From Iphione sp. A-MEVVRFRX5 (lineage: Eukaryota), in the NCBI GenBank assembly GCA_976226885.1, contig OZ320314.1, forward strand, positions 126,914,001-126,978,000: a stretch of DNA of 64,000 nucleotides, given 5' to 3'. Within the stretch, counting starts at the first letter, position 1. Each line of letters begins with the position of its first letter. A model generated the notes under the pieces. It made no database searches. It was not told where the DNA came from and was given only the letters and a program-made list of their open reading frames with translations. This document shows positions 51,601-64,000 of this stretch, in pieces. The position numbers were made by a program, and so were the translations under genes.

Positions 51601-52320
51601 TACATAACTTTATCTGTTGTCAATATCAATTCTTCTAGCAAATAATCATGGATGTGTCTGCAGGATTTACATAATTCATCAAACCTTTAGCCTATTAATG
51701 CAGTCATGCAATTTGCTGTGTTGAAAATCTTTTCAAGTAGCTCTTTATTCATGTAACACATATATGATGTGCCTGTATGCCATTATGCCCACTGATCACT
51801 TCTTGCTTGATGGACACAGGGAAGGTTTAAGCTTGACAAAATTACTGTGTACTATATGCATTATTGTTCACAGCATTATCTAACCAGATATCATGGCAGA
51901 ATGTCTGTAAGGATTATTGGTAGAGAACAGTAGAAACTGACAGACTTAAATGAAAGAGCCTTAAGATAAAGCATGTATAATTGCTTATATATATCAATAC
52001 ATATATATGGTGATAGCTGATTGGGTCACTTCAAACTTGTAACAATATACTGTACACCATGGCAGTAGGTTCCATTCTCAACCCTTATTTCTGGAATAGT
52101 GATATAGCATTCAGTGATCAGTGGCAAAAAAGCCTAAGGAGGGTTACAAAGCAGCCTTTTTATGTATCCAAATACAGAGAGAATTCCAAAACCGAACGAT
52201 TGCCGTTTCCGCCAAAATCGTTCGGATTTGGGATAATTCGTATTTGGAATTCTGGCCTAAGGCCACTTTCAATTTCTCACATCTAGGGGGGGCCCCAGGC
52301 CCTACAAGAATGACATAAAC

Positions 52321-52550
52321 CATATAATGAATGGGATCTAATCTAAACCTGAAATAATGGAGAGAAAACAACCAAAAATTGACTTTTGACCATGCATATC
52401 TATAAAAATGAAATAAATCATATAATGAATGGGATCTAATCTAAACCTGAAATTATGGAGAGAAAACAACCAAAAATTGACTTTTGACCATGCATATCTA
52501 TAAAAATGAAATAAATCATATAATGAATGGGATCTAATCTAAACCTGAAA
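52321..52550. repeat. 98-bp AT-rich tandem repeat, ~2.3 copies
   Basis: CATATAATGAATGGGATCTAATCTAAACCTGAAA at 52321, 52419, 52517. Confidence 0.95.
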
Positions 52551-52576
52551 CCTGGAGGGGCTGAGCTGCCTGCTAG

Positions 52577-52990
52577 CCCTTTGAGGTGCTCTCACCTCGA
52601 TCGACACCTTCGGAGAGGCCCAGTCGACCGCGGCGAGCTTGGTACCCCTCCAATTCGCTACCCTTTGAGGTGCTCTCACCTCAATCGACACCTTCAGAGA
52701 GGCCCAGTCGACCGCGGCGAGCTTGGTACCCCTCCAATTCGCTACCCTTTGAACGACTCTCACCTCGATCGACACCTTCGGAGAGGCCCCGTCGACCGCG
52801 GCAAGCTTGGTACCCCTCCAATTCACTACCCTTTGAGCGACTCTCACCTACGGAGAGGCCCCCGGTCGACCGCGGCGAGCTCGGTTCCCCTCCAAGTCGC
52901 CAACCTTTGATGACGCAGGAGAGGCCCAGGTCGACGGCGGCGAGCTTGGTACCCCTCCAATTCGCTTACCTTTGATGATGCAGGAGAGGC
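52577..52990. repeat. 84-bp GC/CpG-rich tandem repeat, ~4-5 copies
   Basis: CCCTTTGA at 52577, 52661, 52745, 52829; core GTCGACCGCGGCGAGCTTGGTACC. Confidence 0.95.
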
Positions 52991-54501
52991 GCAGGTCGAG
53001 TTCCCCTCCAGAGCATTCGGATTTCGAGTGTAATATTAACTAATTTTGACCAAATACCAGCGTTCGGATTCGGAAATTGCATATTTCGTATATCTGAATA
53101 CCTTCATAGAGCAAAACGTTTGGTTCCCAGAAATATCGTTCGGTTTTGGGGCGATTCGGATTTCGAGTGTTCGGATTTGGAGTCGTCTCTGTATTTTGAT
53201 AAACACTGCACACAAACATCACGCAGTATATTAAACAATTAATTACAACTCAAATTAATTACACCTCAGCATTCTGATACACTCCCTATTCCAGGCATAA
53301 TCTTTTTGTACCAAGCAGCTTTGCACTATTGAGGTTTCACTGTATATTCCTTTCATAACATAAATGATATCCTGGGATACTTTCTGGTTAAAGATGCTGC
53401 CATTCGACAAATCAAATTGAATAAAAAAAGTTTCAAGGTAACATTATTGAATATTTCTTTTTATATAAAAGTTGACCCTTTGCACCTATTTGTGCAAAGT
53501 TGATAAAACATAAAAAGTATAAAATTTGCGTCTCCCCTTACACACACACCAAGACAAGACAAGAATACAGTTAATAAAGATTTAATTAACAAAAACAGTT
53601 AATTAAACTCAAATTTGAGACTTTATCTATAATTGGTACTTGATTACATTGTTCTTCAATAGTCATTGTCTTTTTAAAATAACAATTCCTGCTGAATTAA
53701 CATTGTGCCATTGGGTTAGGAACACATCAACCTCATCCCTGAAGAAGGGGGGTAGTCCCTCCAAAAGCTTGGTTGTAACCTGGATGTTTCAGGACAGTTC
53801 TGCAAACAGTATGTTGGTTTTGATTTCATCAGCTGGTTTTTGCATAGCATGAACTCATAGTCACAAGAGGAGGGGGAAGGTACTTGACCCCCTATCTGTC
53901 TGGGCTGGAGGAATTATACATCACAATATTACAGGCAACCATTGCTATTTGATATTTACCAATGCAAACATTATAGTCTCATTTCTCATGAACAGATTGC
54001 AATATTGTTCTGTGATTGACAATAATTCAGCCACTAAAGGAATTAACTTTCTTGTACCCCAAGGATTGAATAGTCTCTTGTTTTGTTTTGGTACACAAAA
54101 TGATATTGCAACAAATATAAATGGTCATTGCAGCCCATTTACTGGGGACACAACTATAACTTATTGTGATACCAAGACCAGACACAGCCAAGACTAATCC
54201 TCTATGTATCCAGCTTAACAAATAAGTGAAGCTCAATACCTTCTGTCTAGTGCATTCTTTATCAAAAAGCAAAAACAGGCTGGTTGTACCATATTCATTA
54301 AAGATAAACCTTTGGTGTTAAACTATGGGATGTTACCCCAGGATGATACACACTTCTTGTTGTCACTTACAGAATATGATGGAGGCTGGTATGCCTTTTA
54401 GCTAACTAACAAAAGTTCACTGCTCTTACTATTCAGAATGGCCCTAGGAAAATAACAAAGGCTTCTGCAAATATAAATGTTGTAAAGTTCTCAACACCTT
54501 T

Positions 54502-55300
54502 TGACAGGCGTGAGTTGGATGTCATTTCCTATGGGATCGTAGGGGTGGGTAAGTAATAAAGCTCCTCTGAAACTTCTTTCAGGTCCTGTATTTCCTTCTT
54601 CTCTAATATCCAGGGTTATCCGTGGCTCCTGGATGTAATCCAATGACTCTTATTCCCAATAGAGCACAATAAAGTATATACTATGGCCCCTGTTGGTGTT
54701 GGTTATTTGAGGAAAAGGATCAAATAAATAACCTCCTGAAGATGGTGTTATATTATCCTTTGAGTGTGATGGAAAGGATAAGGAGTCCGGTGTGTAGTCT
54801 ATAGATGGCTTTATTCAGAGCACATCAGTGGGATTATGCTCTCCCCCTCCTGACAGCACAAGGTGATGTGGCAGACCTGTGGCAGACTAGATTCACTATA
54901 GGTGGGTGTAGGACTTATGGAACAGACCAGAGCTTCAGCCTTGCAGTCCCCAGCAGTAGAGCCAGAGTCCCTGAAGGGGTGGGGGACCCCTGTTCATCCT
55001 GGTAGGATGGCTGCCTGGCTGGCTGGCTGGCTGGCTGGTGGGCAGAGGCTGAAGGCTTGGAGGCTTCTGGGTGCAGGAGAGCTTTGCTCTTGTCTTGGCC
55101 GATGTCTTCAGGTGGGGATCCCAGGAGAGAGAGATGCCCAAGGAGCCTGAGCACCCTCCTTATATCCTAGCTGGTCCCCTGATGCTCTCCTCTCATTGGC
55201 TGAGGGGAGGGCTGCTCTGATTGGCCAACTGTGGGAAATCTCTGCTCTGGTTGGCTCACATAAATAAGTACCCCATGCCAGGAGGCAAAAGATCAAAGAG
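54502..55300 (-). mobile_element. LTR-like repeat in the 3' flank of gene B (longest copy)
   Basis: Paralog of 20124-20770 with an extra ~140 bp (~54820-54970); CCAAT boxes, TATAA, AATAAA on the minus strand. Confidence 0.65.
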
Positions 55301-56440
55301 AATTTTAATTGAGATTGATGAGGGTAGTTAAATTCACATAAATCCTAAGGATGATTAAGTTCTAATAAAATTTGGACTCAAGCTATAAAATTGTGGCACT
55401 GCCCAGGGAGGATGTTTAGATGTTTAGGCTTTGACAGGTGGGTCTGGTTTTACTCCCAGGGGAAGGGCTTCTTGTTTGGAAGGGGGGGGGGCAATATGGC
55501 TTCTGTCTTGTTAGAGCAGAGGAGTCCCCCTGGTGTTTATGCTGACCTCAGCTGCTTTAGGATAAGCCAGAGCTCAGGGGTGGTGGCTATCTGGCCCGTG
55601 ATGGCTTCAGGGGAGTGTGGTTACTTCTAGCCTATGTAGGAGCCTTGTCTATAGGCCAAACGGTCAGTTTGGGGGGAATTCCTATGCAAATCTAGTCGTT
55701 GGGAGGTCCCAGAGTGTAGCATGCCTGTGGGGGAGTGGACATTTGGCTGGGTTCATGATCTAACAATGTTGTTTATAAACTCTTTCATTTGGCAGGTTGG
55801 GCTATCGCTTTGTCCCACCAGCTATGCATGAAAGGAACAAGTCAGCCAGTGCAGCCACTTACATACCCTACAGCAAGGGTATCACCTGGTGGTTCCATAA
55901 TACACCACTACATACACAGTAATTCAAATAGTTTACTGCAAGGTAATCTTTACATTAGTTTTCATGAAATTATTTACAATATGGTAAAACAGATATTTTT
56001 ATATGCAGAATGAAATTATTATTACAGTTGCAAAGTAAAAACTGTATTATATATAATCTTATCCAGGTTATTAAATCAAACTGCTGTAATCACACCCTGC
56101 ATGAGCTGTTCAAATAGATTTAGCATCAATGTCATTCTGAGAAAGAAAATCTTATGAAAGTTTTGAAAGCAAACATACTTAATACATTATGTATATTACA
56201 TTATACATGATATTGTTGAAATATTGTACATTAAAACTGTGAAATGAAGTATCCATTGAGTCAACATTTCACTATATATGCGACTCGTTATCTGCTACAT
56301 TAAATGAATGAATTGGAGAAATAACTCACCAACAGGTTGAAGATATTGCCTGATGGCATGAGTGAACATAATTTTAAGTCTGTGTAATTCCATAGCATTA
56401 CTGGTTTTTTTCAAACAGTTATACATTTATCATTCAGCAG

Positions 56441-57486
56441 TCAATAATCTACATTTTGCTGTTCTATATAAGACAGATAGGTACATGTTATACTACCTAC
56501 AAGTATCATAATAGCTCCAGTGACTTCAGTCATGTTACGATATCCTGTTATAAATATATTAGGCAAAAAGTACTGTAGACATAAATTATAGACAGAACTT
56601 GTGTGGAATAAGAGGATAGAAGCAACTGGATGTATCTTTTGCATTGCATAGATATTTATGATAGACTCACAAGAGGCTGATAAACTGTATGCAAATATGA
56701 GAAAAAGAACTCCAGCCTTATGGACTATGAAGGGCTCATTTACATAAAACATGAGCAGCAACATTCCAACAGATCCAAAGACTGCATACCAAAAATTGTA
56801 GACATTAGTTGATACATTGTTTAGTATGTTGTTCATCAGCACAGTGCGTGTTGCTGAGGAAATACTTCCAATAAGGGCAAAAATGGTTCCTATAGTCATT
56901 TTGTTGATTATTGACATTGTCTTCATAGCCTCTTTTGTCACAGTGTGGTTTGTTGAACTAGTTAAGTTCAAACTGAGAGTAAGATTTGCATGCCCTGACC
57001 CACTCTTATCTAAATTGTGTTGAAATGGTGGTGAAGGCTGAAGAAGTAGAAACCCACCAATTAACACAAGAGCAAAACAAATGTGTTGTTGACATGAGAG
57101 CTTTCTCTGAAAAAACATATGCATTAGAAAAGAAATCCACACAAATTTTACCGCAATTACAATGAAAGCAAAGGTGCCAATCGGTAAGTAGAAAACAGCA
57201 GCAACAACAAATGTGTTGTTCATCAGGCCAAGTATAAATGTTAAAATCATCCATGGTATAAGTGGTTTGCTCACAAATGGTTTGAAGTTTCTTGTTGATA
57301 TTAAGCAAACTGTACACAGTACAATCTGGAAAATATAACGGACAAAACCAAGTTGGAAAACAGATATAGTATGATCAAGAAGCTGATTCATAGCATTTGT
57401 AAAAGTCTGGAGAAGTCCTGCTGTAACACCACCAAATTTCCATATAATCCATGAAGTTTAGCATTGTATATGGCTTGCTGAGGCAT
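56441..57486 (-). pseudogene. SLC35G/EamA-like copy B: 1-nt deletion near codon 17; 316-codon ORF intact from the internal Met (56441-57391)
   Basis: CCACCAAATTTCC (~57429-57441) vs CCAGCAAAATATCC in copy A shows the frameshift; remainder ~85% aa identical to A by hand count. Confidence 0.8.
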
Positions 57487-57769
57487 TTTCCTCAAGTCTT
57501 TGATGATGCAAACAATCAACTGATATGGACTGATCTGATGCAACTGTGAGTTCATCTGTGCTTTACCGACTGAAAACAAGAAACTTAGTGTGTCCTTATT
57601 AAGCCAAGATATGAGCAAGGATAGATCAAATATGCATGCTCTACTTGTTAGATGTTGGCCTCATTAACTGATGATGCCTCTGGTAGTTGATTTCCCTAAG
57701 CCATACCATCATGTGAAGATATAGAGCATAGGGTATAGTTGTCCTTAACACCGGTGGTAATTACTATCT

Positions 57770-58890
57770 TGATGGGAATAATTGCATGAGTCTTTTGTGC
57801 GAAAATGTGGAGTGTAGCTGTACAGATAGGGAGAGCCAAAAGACTTCTACCACCATCTGCCAGACTGCAAATAGTGAAATCACTGCTTGTACTGCATGTA
57901 CGGTATGCCTCTCTTCCGCACTACAGTGCTTCAGAGTCAGATAAGGTAAAACTCAAAATTCACACTAACAGATGTGTTAGAATCTGTATCCAATGTGGGA
58001 ACTTCCTATCAGCAAAGCAGATGTCAGTGATGGGGATCCCATGGGTTGCGGAGCTAGCGGAAATGTGTGGTCTACAAGCAATACACAACATGCAGACCTA
58101 GGTCTAATGAGCCTGGTCAAAGAAGGAAGAGCACGATGGCGCAAGGACCATCATGTGGTACTACCCCATCTGCACTCTGCATGGTTCGCTAGAAGCTTAT
58201 TCTACAAGGCCGCAAAGAAGTGGAACAATCTACCAAAAGAGAAGAAAAAATGGGCCAAATTGACCTGGAGTGTGAGTCCAAAGGACTAACTGAATGTAAC
58301 TGTTTGGTGATCTGGGATGGGTTGAAATGACAATATGACCGTAAAGATGACATAGACATGTGACTGTATGCCTGAGTCTCTACTGCATGTCAAAACATAT
58401 TTTCATTTATTACTCTATGTTATAGGTTTGACAGGGCAAGTGACCACACTAGAAGCTGTTTATTGAGGTTATGCAAGCCAGATCGGAAGTAACTTGCTTG
58501 CGCTAAAACTCTCGCTGTTGCCCACATGTTAAGAAGGTAACACATCAGATGAAAGTATTTGGGGCAAAACTGCAGGTATGGTGCGAATACTATCGTACAG
58601 CTCATGGCTGCCATTGATATTTACGGTTGCACTGACACTTATATACACTGTGGTAGTTATTTAATGGTGGTTAGATAGACACAGAATCTGGTAATGAGAA
58701 ACAGAGCAAAGTAGATGGTATAAAAGACATGTATCTTTGTATAGCTGAATTATGGTGTATATTATTCTCTTCGATCAAGGCATTTAATTTTACTATTTCA
58801 TTGTGTTGCTGTTATTGTTGGCCAAGGAGAGCTTGATGTAACTGTTTGTGGAGAATTGGGCAATAAACAAATTGAATTAAATTGAATTTA
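57770..58890 (+). mobile_element. 5'-truncated LINE (47760-type family) with 3' UTR and tail
   Basis: IGRAKRLLPPSARLQIVKSLLVLHVRY, FARSLFYKAAKKWNNLP; AATAAA plus AATTG repeats at ~58862-58890. Confidence 0.85.
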
Positions 58891-60312
58891 CAGGTAATAG
58901 ATAAGTTACAGATAGGATGTGATCCAAATCTTTTGCTGACAATTATGAAATGTCATAGGTGGTTATAAATGTGCATGTGGTCCAATAAAATCATATACAC
59001 TGTACTAATACTTGTCAAATGCTATTGCCTGATTACAACTGCATTAGTTGTAATAGTAGAACAGATGTGATCCTAATTTAGACTTAAACTACATTTTTCT
59101 AGAATTGAATTGTCACTACATTTAGCCTGGCTATTATGTCCTGGACAGTTCATCATTGAAAACACTTTAGCAGAGATTGATGTAGCAGTGACTAGGTCAA
59201 AGGCTGTAGAAATCATCAATTTATAGGTTATCTAGCTGTAAAAAATTTAAAAACTATACTAACACATCTTAGCACAGATATCCAAAATGTATAAATACAT
59301 TACCAACCGTAGAATATGGGTCTGGTGCTTGATGTGTGTGGGGCAAAGCTGATAGAGCCAATCGTTTAATATGAGTTTGGTGTCTGATGTGTGAAAGGTT
59401 AAGCTGGACTAGTTAAATACTGTATCATGGTGTGTGTAAATAACATATCATATAGCTAGATTAGCTAATGGTCAGAAACTAGGGTATGCCGTTTGGGTGG
59501 GTTGTATGAGAGTTGTCTTACAAACTTTGTAAGTTAAAATTAAGTTTGTGGAATCCTTGGGCTCAGGTGCATAATTGGGTGTAGTGCATGTGTCTATTGA
59601 AACAGTGTGTGGGAGTGAGTTTGTAATGGAAACTGGAGTGTGGCTGGCATGTGAGTGCTTGGTATATCTGTAAGTATGAGGGCCTAATGTGTCTGAATGG
59701 GTGGTTGTAGTTTATAAGTTAGATGATGTGCCTCAATTATGCTGGATGATGAAGTAATCCTGGTGCTTGTGCTGTGTAAGTCTTTGTATGAGTGAGATGA
59801 GGCCAAACATTGGTGGACGAGTATATGATGTCATGATATCAAACATTTTTGGCTAATCCGTGTACAAATTACAACAAAGAGCTTCTGGCATCAAGCTTTG
59901 TCTGATGTTCTCCATCCTGGTATTTATGGATCCTATGGATGCGCTGGCTGCTGTATGTGGTCCTATTGTGTATTCTATAAATGTAGAGATGGTGGTGTAT
60001 CCTGGTCTAGTTGTATTGTATAAAATGTGACCGAGATGGAACTGTAGGGGATTGTAAACATGGTTTGTAATCAACAGCACTGAATATTAGACCGTAAGGT
60101 GCCTGCCCCGGTGGGTGTTACTTTTGTGGGTGTTTGTTGTATAGTGCTTTTTGTCCTTAATCATGCTTTATGCTTGTCTGATCATATCTGCACTTAACTG
60201 CTGTTGGTTTTTGCCAATATGGTTCCAAAATATCACTGTCTGATTGTTTAGACGAAGAGCTTTGTTTATACAGAGATTCTGAATAAAGACGATATTATTA
60301 TTATAATAAATA

Positions 60313-60491
60313 CAGTTGAATCTCTATTTGCGACCACATCAATTTCCGACCATTCTTGCTATTACAACCAGTACAGCTTGGTACCAAATGTTGAATTCCT
60401 ATAGTTGATAATACTCTATTTACGACCAAATTCACTATTACGACCAGTTGAGCTTGGTACCAAGTTGTGGTCGTAAATAGAGACTCCACTG
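60313..60491. mobile_element. Tc1/mariner-pogo type MITE
   Basis: TA-CAGTTGAATCTCTATTTGCGACCAC / GTGGTCGTAAATAGAGACTCCACTG-TA, 24/27 inverted match including the TA. Confidence 0.9.
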
Positions 60492-60574
60492 TACACTGAT
60501 AAAAAATACTCGGAAGATGTATATACAGCCAGTTGAAATAAAGGGAAAAAAATCATCTCTGTATATCATATCAC

Positions 60575-60800
60575 TATGTTATATGCAGACGGTCTCACAG
60601 TGCCAGTAATGGCAAAGGATCTCCATAGCCTGCAGCAAAATGCCTTTGGCGTTCTAAGAGCTGTGGTTGACTGGTGTGGAAGAGAGCAGTTTGCCCTACA
60701 AACAGGTGTCTTCCTCTCTGCAAGGACAATGCAGACTGCAGTAGCCTTAGGTATCAAGGCAAGGGGCAGACAGGGCTGTCCATACACTGATGAGGTTAGG
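60575..60800 (+). mobile_element. Short LINE RT fragment (47760-type family)
   Basis: MLYADGLTV..AKDLHSLQ..LRAVVDWC aligns with MYADDLSV..ARDLLRLR..LQAVDNWC. Confidence 0.6.
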
Positions 60801-62060
60801 TGTCACCCCATCCAAGTCTAAGCCCAAAAAGGGGGGGGGGGTACCCTAGGAGGGGACACTAGGAGTCTCCTGCAATATGAGGGAGTAAACTACCGAAACA
60901 GCAAACCACTCTACATGAGACAGAAACTTCAGTAGGGCATCCTCGAACATTAGAAATCTGTTTGTATAGGTTCAAGGTCACCATGTACAGTACATAATGG
61001 TAATGGTTATGGTAAGGGTTATGGTTCTTGATGTGACTAGTGAGCCTTGTGTGTAGTGTGGCAGGAGCAAAGTGCCCATCGTGTTGTAATATCAAGATAA
61101 CAGCAGGATTACTGGCCTTTCACTTTACAGTAGGACTGGAACACCCCACTCAATAAGTGATGGCAAATGAAAATTATCCCCCTGAACTCTGCTATTAAAA
61201 GGGGGGGCTGGTGGTTTCCTTACCTGTGATACCATGCCATGTAAAGTGATGTACTCTCATGTGTAATTCCCTTAATGTAATGATACTAGGTACATAGCCA
61301 GTCCAATCTTATATGAGAGGCCTAAAGTATGCCTAAAATTAAACATTAATTAAATAGATCCGTTCTAACGGGATCACAATCAGAACAGGACACAGCGCCA
61401 CACATTAGGTTTCATCAAATATGTTATGACATTAGCGTGTAAAAAATACTTCGAAAGGGCTAACCCCTTCAGGAACAAGAGAAAGTAAGGTTTTCCAACA
61501 TAACAGGAGTATATAAAGAGTGATTTCTGCCAAGGGACATTAGTTTGCTCTGTAAAGTAACATATATATCATTTCAAAGGTGGGGATTTCTTCTTTATTC
61601 CTTTATTTCCATATAGGCTGCTATCAGAACAAGGCGAGGTTAAATGCCGGTGATTTTAAAGCGTGTTTCCTATACATGTATTTGGTTTTGATGTATAATT
61701 ATGGGATACTATTCAAAACGGTCTAATTATAATTTAAGGGCAAATATCAGCTAGAAATTACTTTTCATGAAAGAAACTGTGACATTCTTAGGCAATCTCA
61801 AGGAGGAAAGCAATAGAGAACAGCATTTTTCATATTACATATATTGATTATGCAATATTACATAACATTCATATATTGAACAGGAATCCTAATGTAGATA
61901 ATAATGGACCACCTTTGACTATTTTCTCAAGTAAATTTTAATAAAATAGTTCAGATCTACTCCCAAGTGAAATGCTCAAACAGCCAATTATAAATTTTAC
62001 TCATATTCCTACAAAATTATATTTCCAAAAACTGTTTATCAAGCAGTCATCATTCAGGAA

Positions 62061-63116
62061 TCAAATACCTTCATTTTGCTGTTCAATATAAGAAAGATAG
62101 GTACATATTATAGTACCTAAGAGCATCATAATAGCTCCAATGACTTCAGTCATGTTATGGTATCCAGTTATAAAAATGGTAGGCAACACATACTGCAGAA
62201 TAAAGCAATAGACAGAACTTATATTGAATAAAATCATAGAAACAACTGGATGTATCTTTTGCATTGCATAGATATTTATCATAGACTCACAAGAGGCAGA
62301 TAAACAATATCCAAGTATGAGAAAAAGAACTCTAGGATTCCAGACTATGATGGGATCATTTACATAAAACATGAGTAGCAACATTCCAACTGATCCAAAG
62401 ATTGCATTCCAAAAATTGAAGACATTTGTTGATACATTATTCAGCATGTTGTTCATCAGCACAGTGCGAGTTGCTGATGAGATGCTTCCAATCAGGGTAC
62501 AGGTGCTTCCTATAGTCATACTGTCCAGCATTGACATTATTTTTGGCTTCTTCTGTGTCATAAGCATAATATGTTTAGTTGAATGGGTTAAGTTAAAAGT
62601 TAGGGTAAGATTTGAAGACCCTGACCAATTCTTGTCCAAGTTGTGGAGAAAGGGTGGTGAAGGTTGAAGCAGCAGAAATCCACCCATTAACACAAGACTA
62701 AAGCAAGTGTATTGTTGACATGAGAGCTTTCTCTCAAAAAACACATGCATTAGAAAAGATATCCACACAAATTTTACCACCATTCCAATCAGAGAGAAGG
62801 TCCCAATTGGCAAATAGAAAACAGCGGCAACAAAGAAAATGTTGTTTAGTATACCAAGTATAAATATGAGTATCATCCATGGTATGAGTAATTTGCTCAC
62901 AAATGGTTTGAAGTTTCCTGTTGAAATCGAGTATAGTGTACACAGTATAATCTGGCAAATATAGCGTGCAATACCAAGTTGGAAAACATCTACATCCTGA
63001 TTAAGAAGTTGATTCATGACATTTATAGAAGTCTAAAGTAGTCCTGCTACAACACCAGCAAAATATCCAGACAGTCCATCCAGTTTAGTGCTGTACCAGT
63101 ATATGCTTTGATGCAT
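62061..63116 (-). pseudogene. SLC35G/EamA-like copy C: in-frame TAG at codon 28; 318-codon ORF intact from the internal Met (62061-63017)
   Basis: MHQSIYWYSTKLDGLSGYFAGVVAGLL*TSINV-MNQLL; TAG at 63033-63035 corresponds to GAG in copy D. Confidence 0.8.
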
Positions 63117-64000
63117 TTTCTAAGGGTTTTTATGATGCAGAAAAAATCCAATGATTTGTCAAATTCTATTATTTGTCAAAGTCTATATAATGGTATGCAA
63201 CAGAGATGTATGAATATATTCATGCATGTGCTTTACCTACCTAAAGCAAGGAACTAAGTTTGTCCTAAGCAATTTGCTAAGATACATGAAATGTGTGTGC
63301 TCTACTTGTCAGTGTGATGATACACTGCTACTTACTTCATGCTAGGGGAAACTTAAGCATGAACAAACTTGGCATATTTTACTGTAGCTGATGATTCACC
63401 TAACTACATGGGCAGGCAGTTATATGGCACACATGCATCTCATTAGGTAGATAAACTGTAACAACAAAGTGTACACTAGACCGGTACGTTTGATTCTCAG
63501 TCTTTATTTCTGGGACAGCAGTTCAGCATTCAGTGGTTACCATTCAGTGTAATGCTGCACATCTCCGAGATATGGGACACTTTGTTCCAAACCGTTTCAC
63601 TGGATTAGAGTCACATTCAGTAGATAATATTTCTGACATCTGTTGGATTCTATTTCCAACTGGTCATCTTAAATTTATGTCGAATCCTTTCTACAATGAA
63701 AACCTTTTTAAAGCTTTAAATCACATAAGTGAAGGATATTTAAAGTACTAAAACTACTGAATCTCACCAATCTGCACCTGGGTCTATCTGAGATGATTGT
63801 CTCTTTGAGAGAAAAAATTAATCTCTAGACAAAATACATACAACCTACCAAATACAGAGCGCGTTTGCTCAGGCCACAATTGAACTTAAACTCTCACTTT
63901 AAGGATAAAAGATGGTTTAAGATATGAAAAAAACAACAGTGAATTAACACTGCCTAGTTAGCACTCATTATAACTCATTGCCTATAGGCTTGCTTCCAGG

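Larger units (their letters stand above)
52175..53191. mobile_element. TA-inserted non-autonomous element (Tc1/mariner-type termini) containing tandem arrays
   Basis: Absent from the paralog (empty TA at 18818-18819); TA duplicated at 52173-52174 and 53192-53193; 22-bp TIR, 18/22 match, CAGAGA...TCTCTG. Confidence 0.92.
50550..59090. repeat. Segmental duplication copy 2 (partner 17232-23640)
   Basis: Colinear with copy 1; extra insertions at 52175-53191 and ~57750-58890. Confidence 0.95.

Noticed and set aside
52577-52990. Polylinker-like run of restriction sites (possible vector contamination) or CRISPR-like array
   Set aside because: Units are contiguous diverged tandem copies with no unique spacers, and lie inside a TIR/TSD-bounded element with a genomic empty site; no other vector or cas sequence seen
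60995-61027. GGTAAT/GGTTAT hexamers as interstitial telomere
   Set aside because: Only ~5 imperfect units and not TTAGGG/TTAGG

Overview
Repeat-dense eukaryotic DNA, probably from an invertebrate animal (inferred from GT-AG introns, CpG depletion and the TE families present). The host content is a birth-and-death cluster of five SLC35G/EamA-type (DMT superfamily) transporter genes, each coded by a single exon. One copy is intact (21915-22958). Two are near-intact with lesions confined to the N-terminus (56441-57486, 62061-63116), and two are fragments (4828-5108; inverted 39018-39327). Two copies sit in a ~6-8 kb segmental duplication (17.2-23.6 kb vs 50.6-59.1 kb) whose downstream flank is more similar than the genes. 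The rest is mostly decayed mobile DNA: two Gypsy relics, two spliced piggyBac relics, many CR1/L2-like LINE fragments, LTR-like repeats and MITEs. The most unusual feature is a ~8.8 kb element (24949-~33740). It starts with a TIR-like sequence and carries a 4-exon Sola-type DDD transposase plus at least two spliced passenger genes (Myb/SANT-like; acidic/coiled-coil). A non-autonomous element with a related TIR and 4-bp TSD lies at 44283-45674. All assignments come from manual motif reading and hand alignment with no database searches, and boundaries of decayed elements are approximate.
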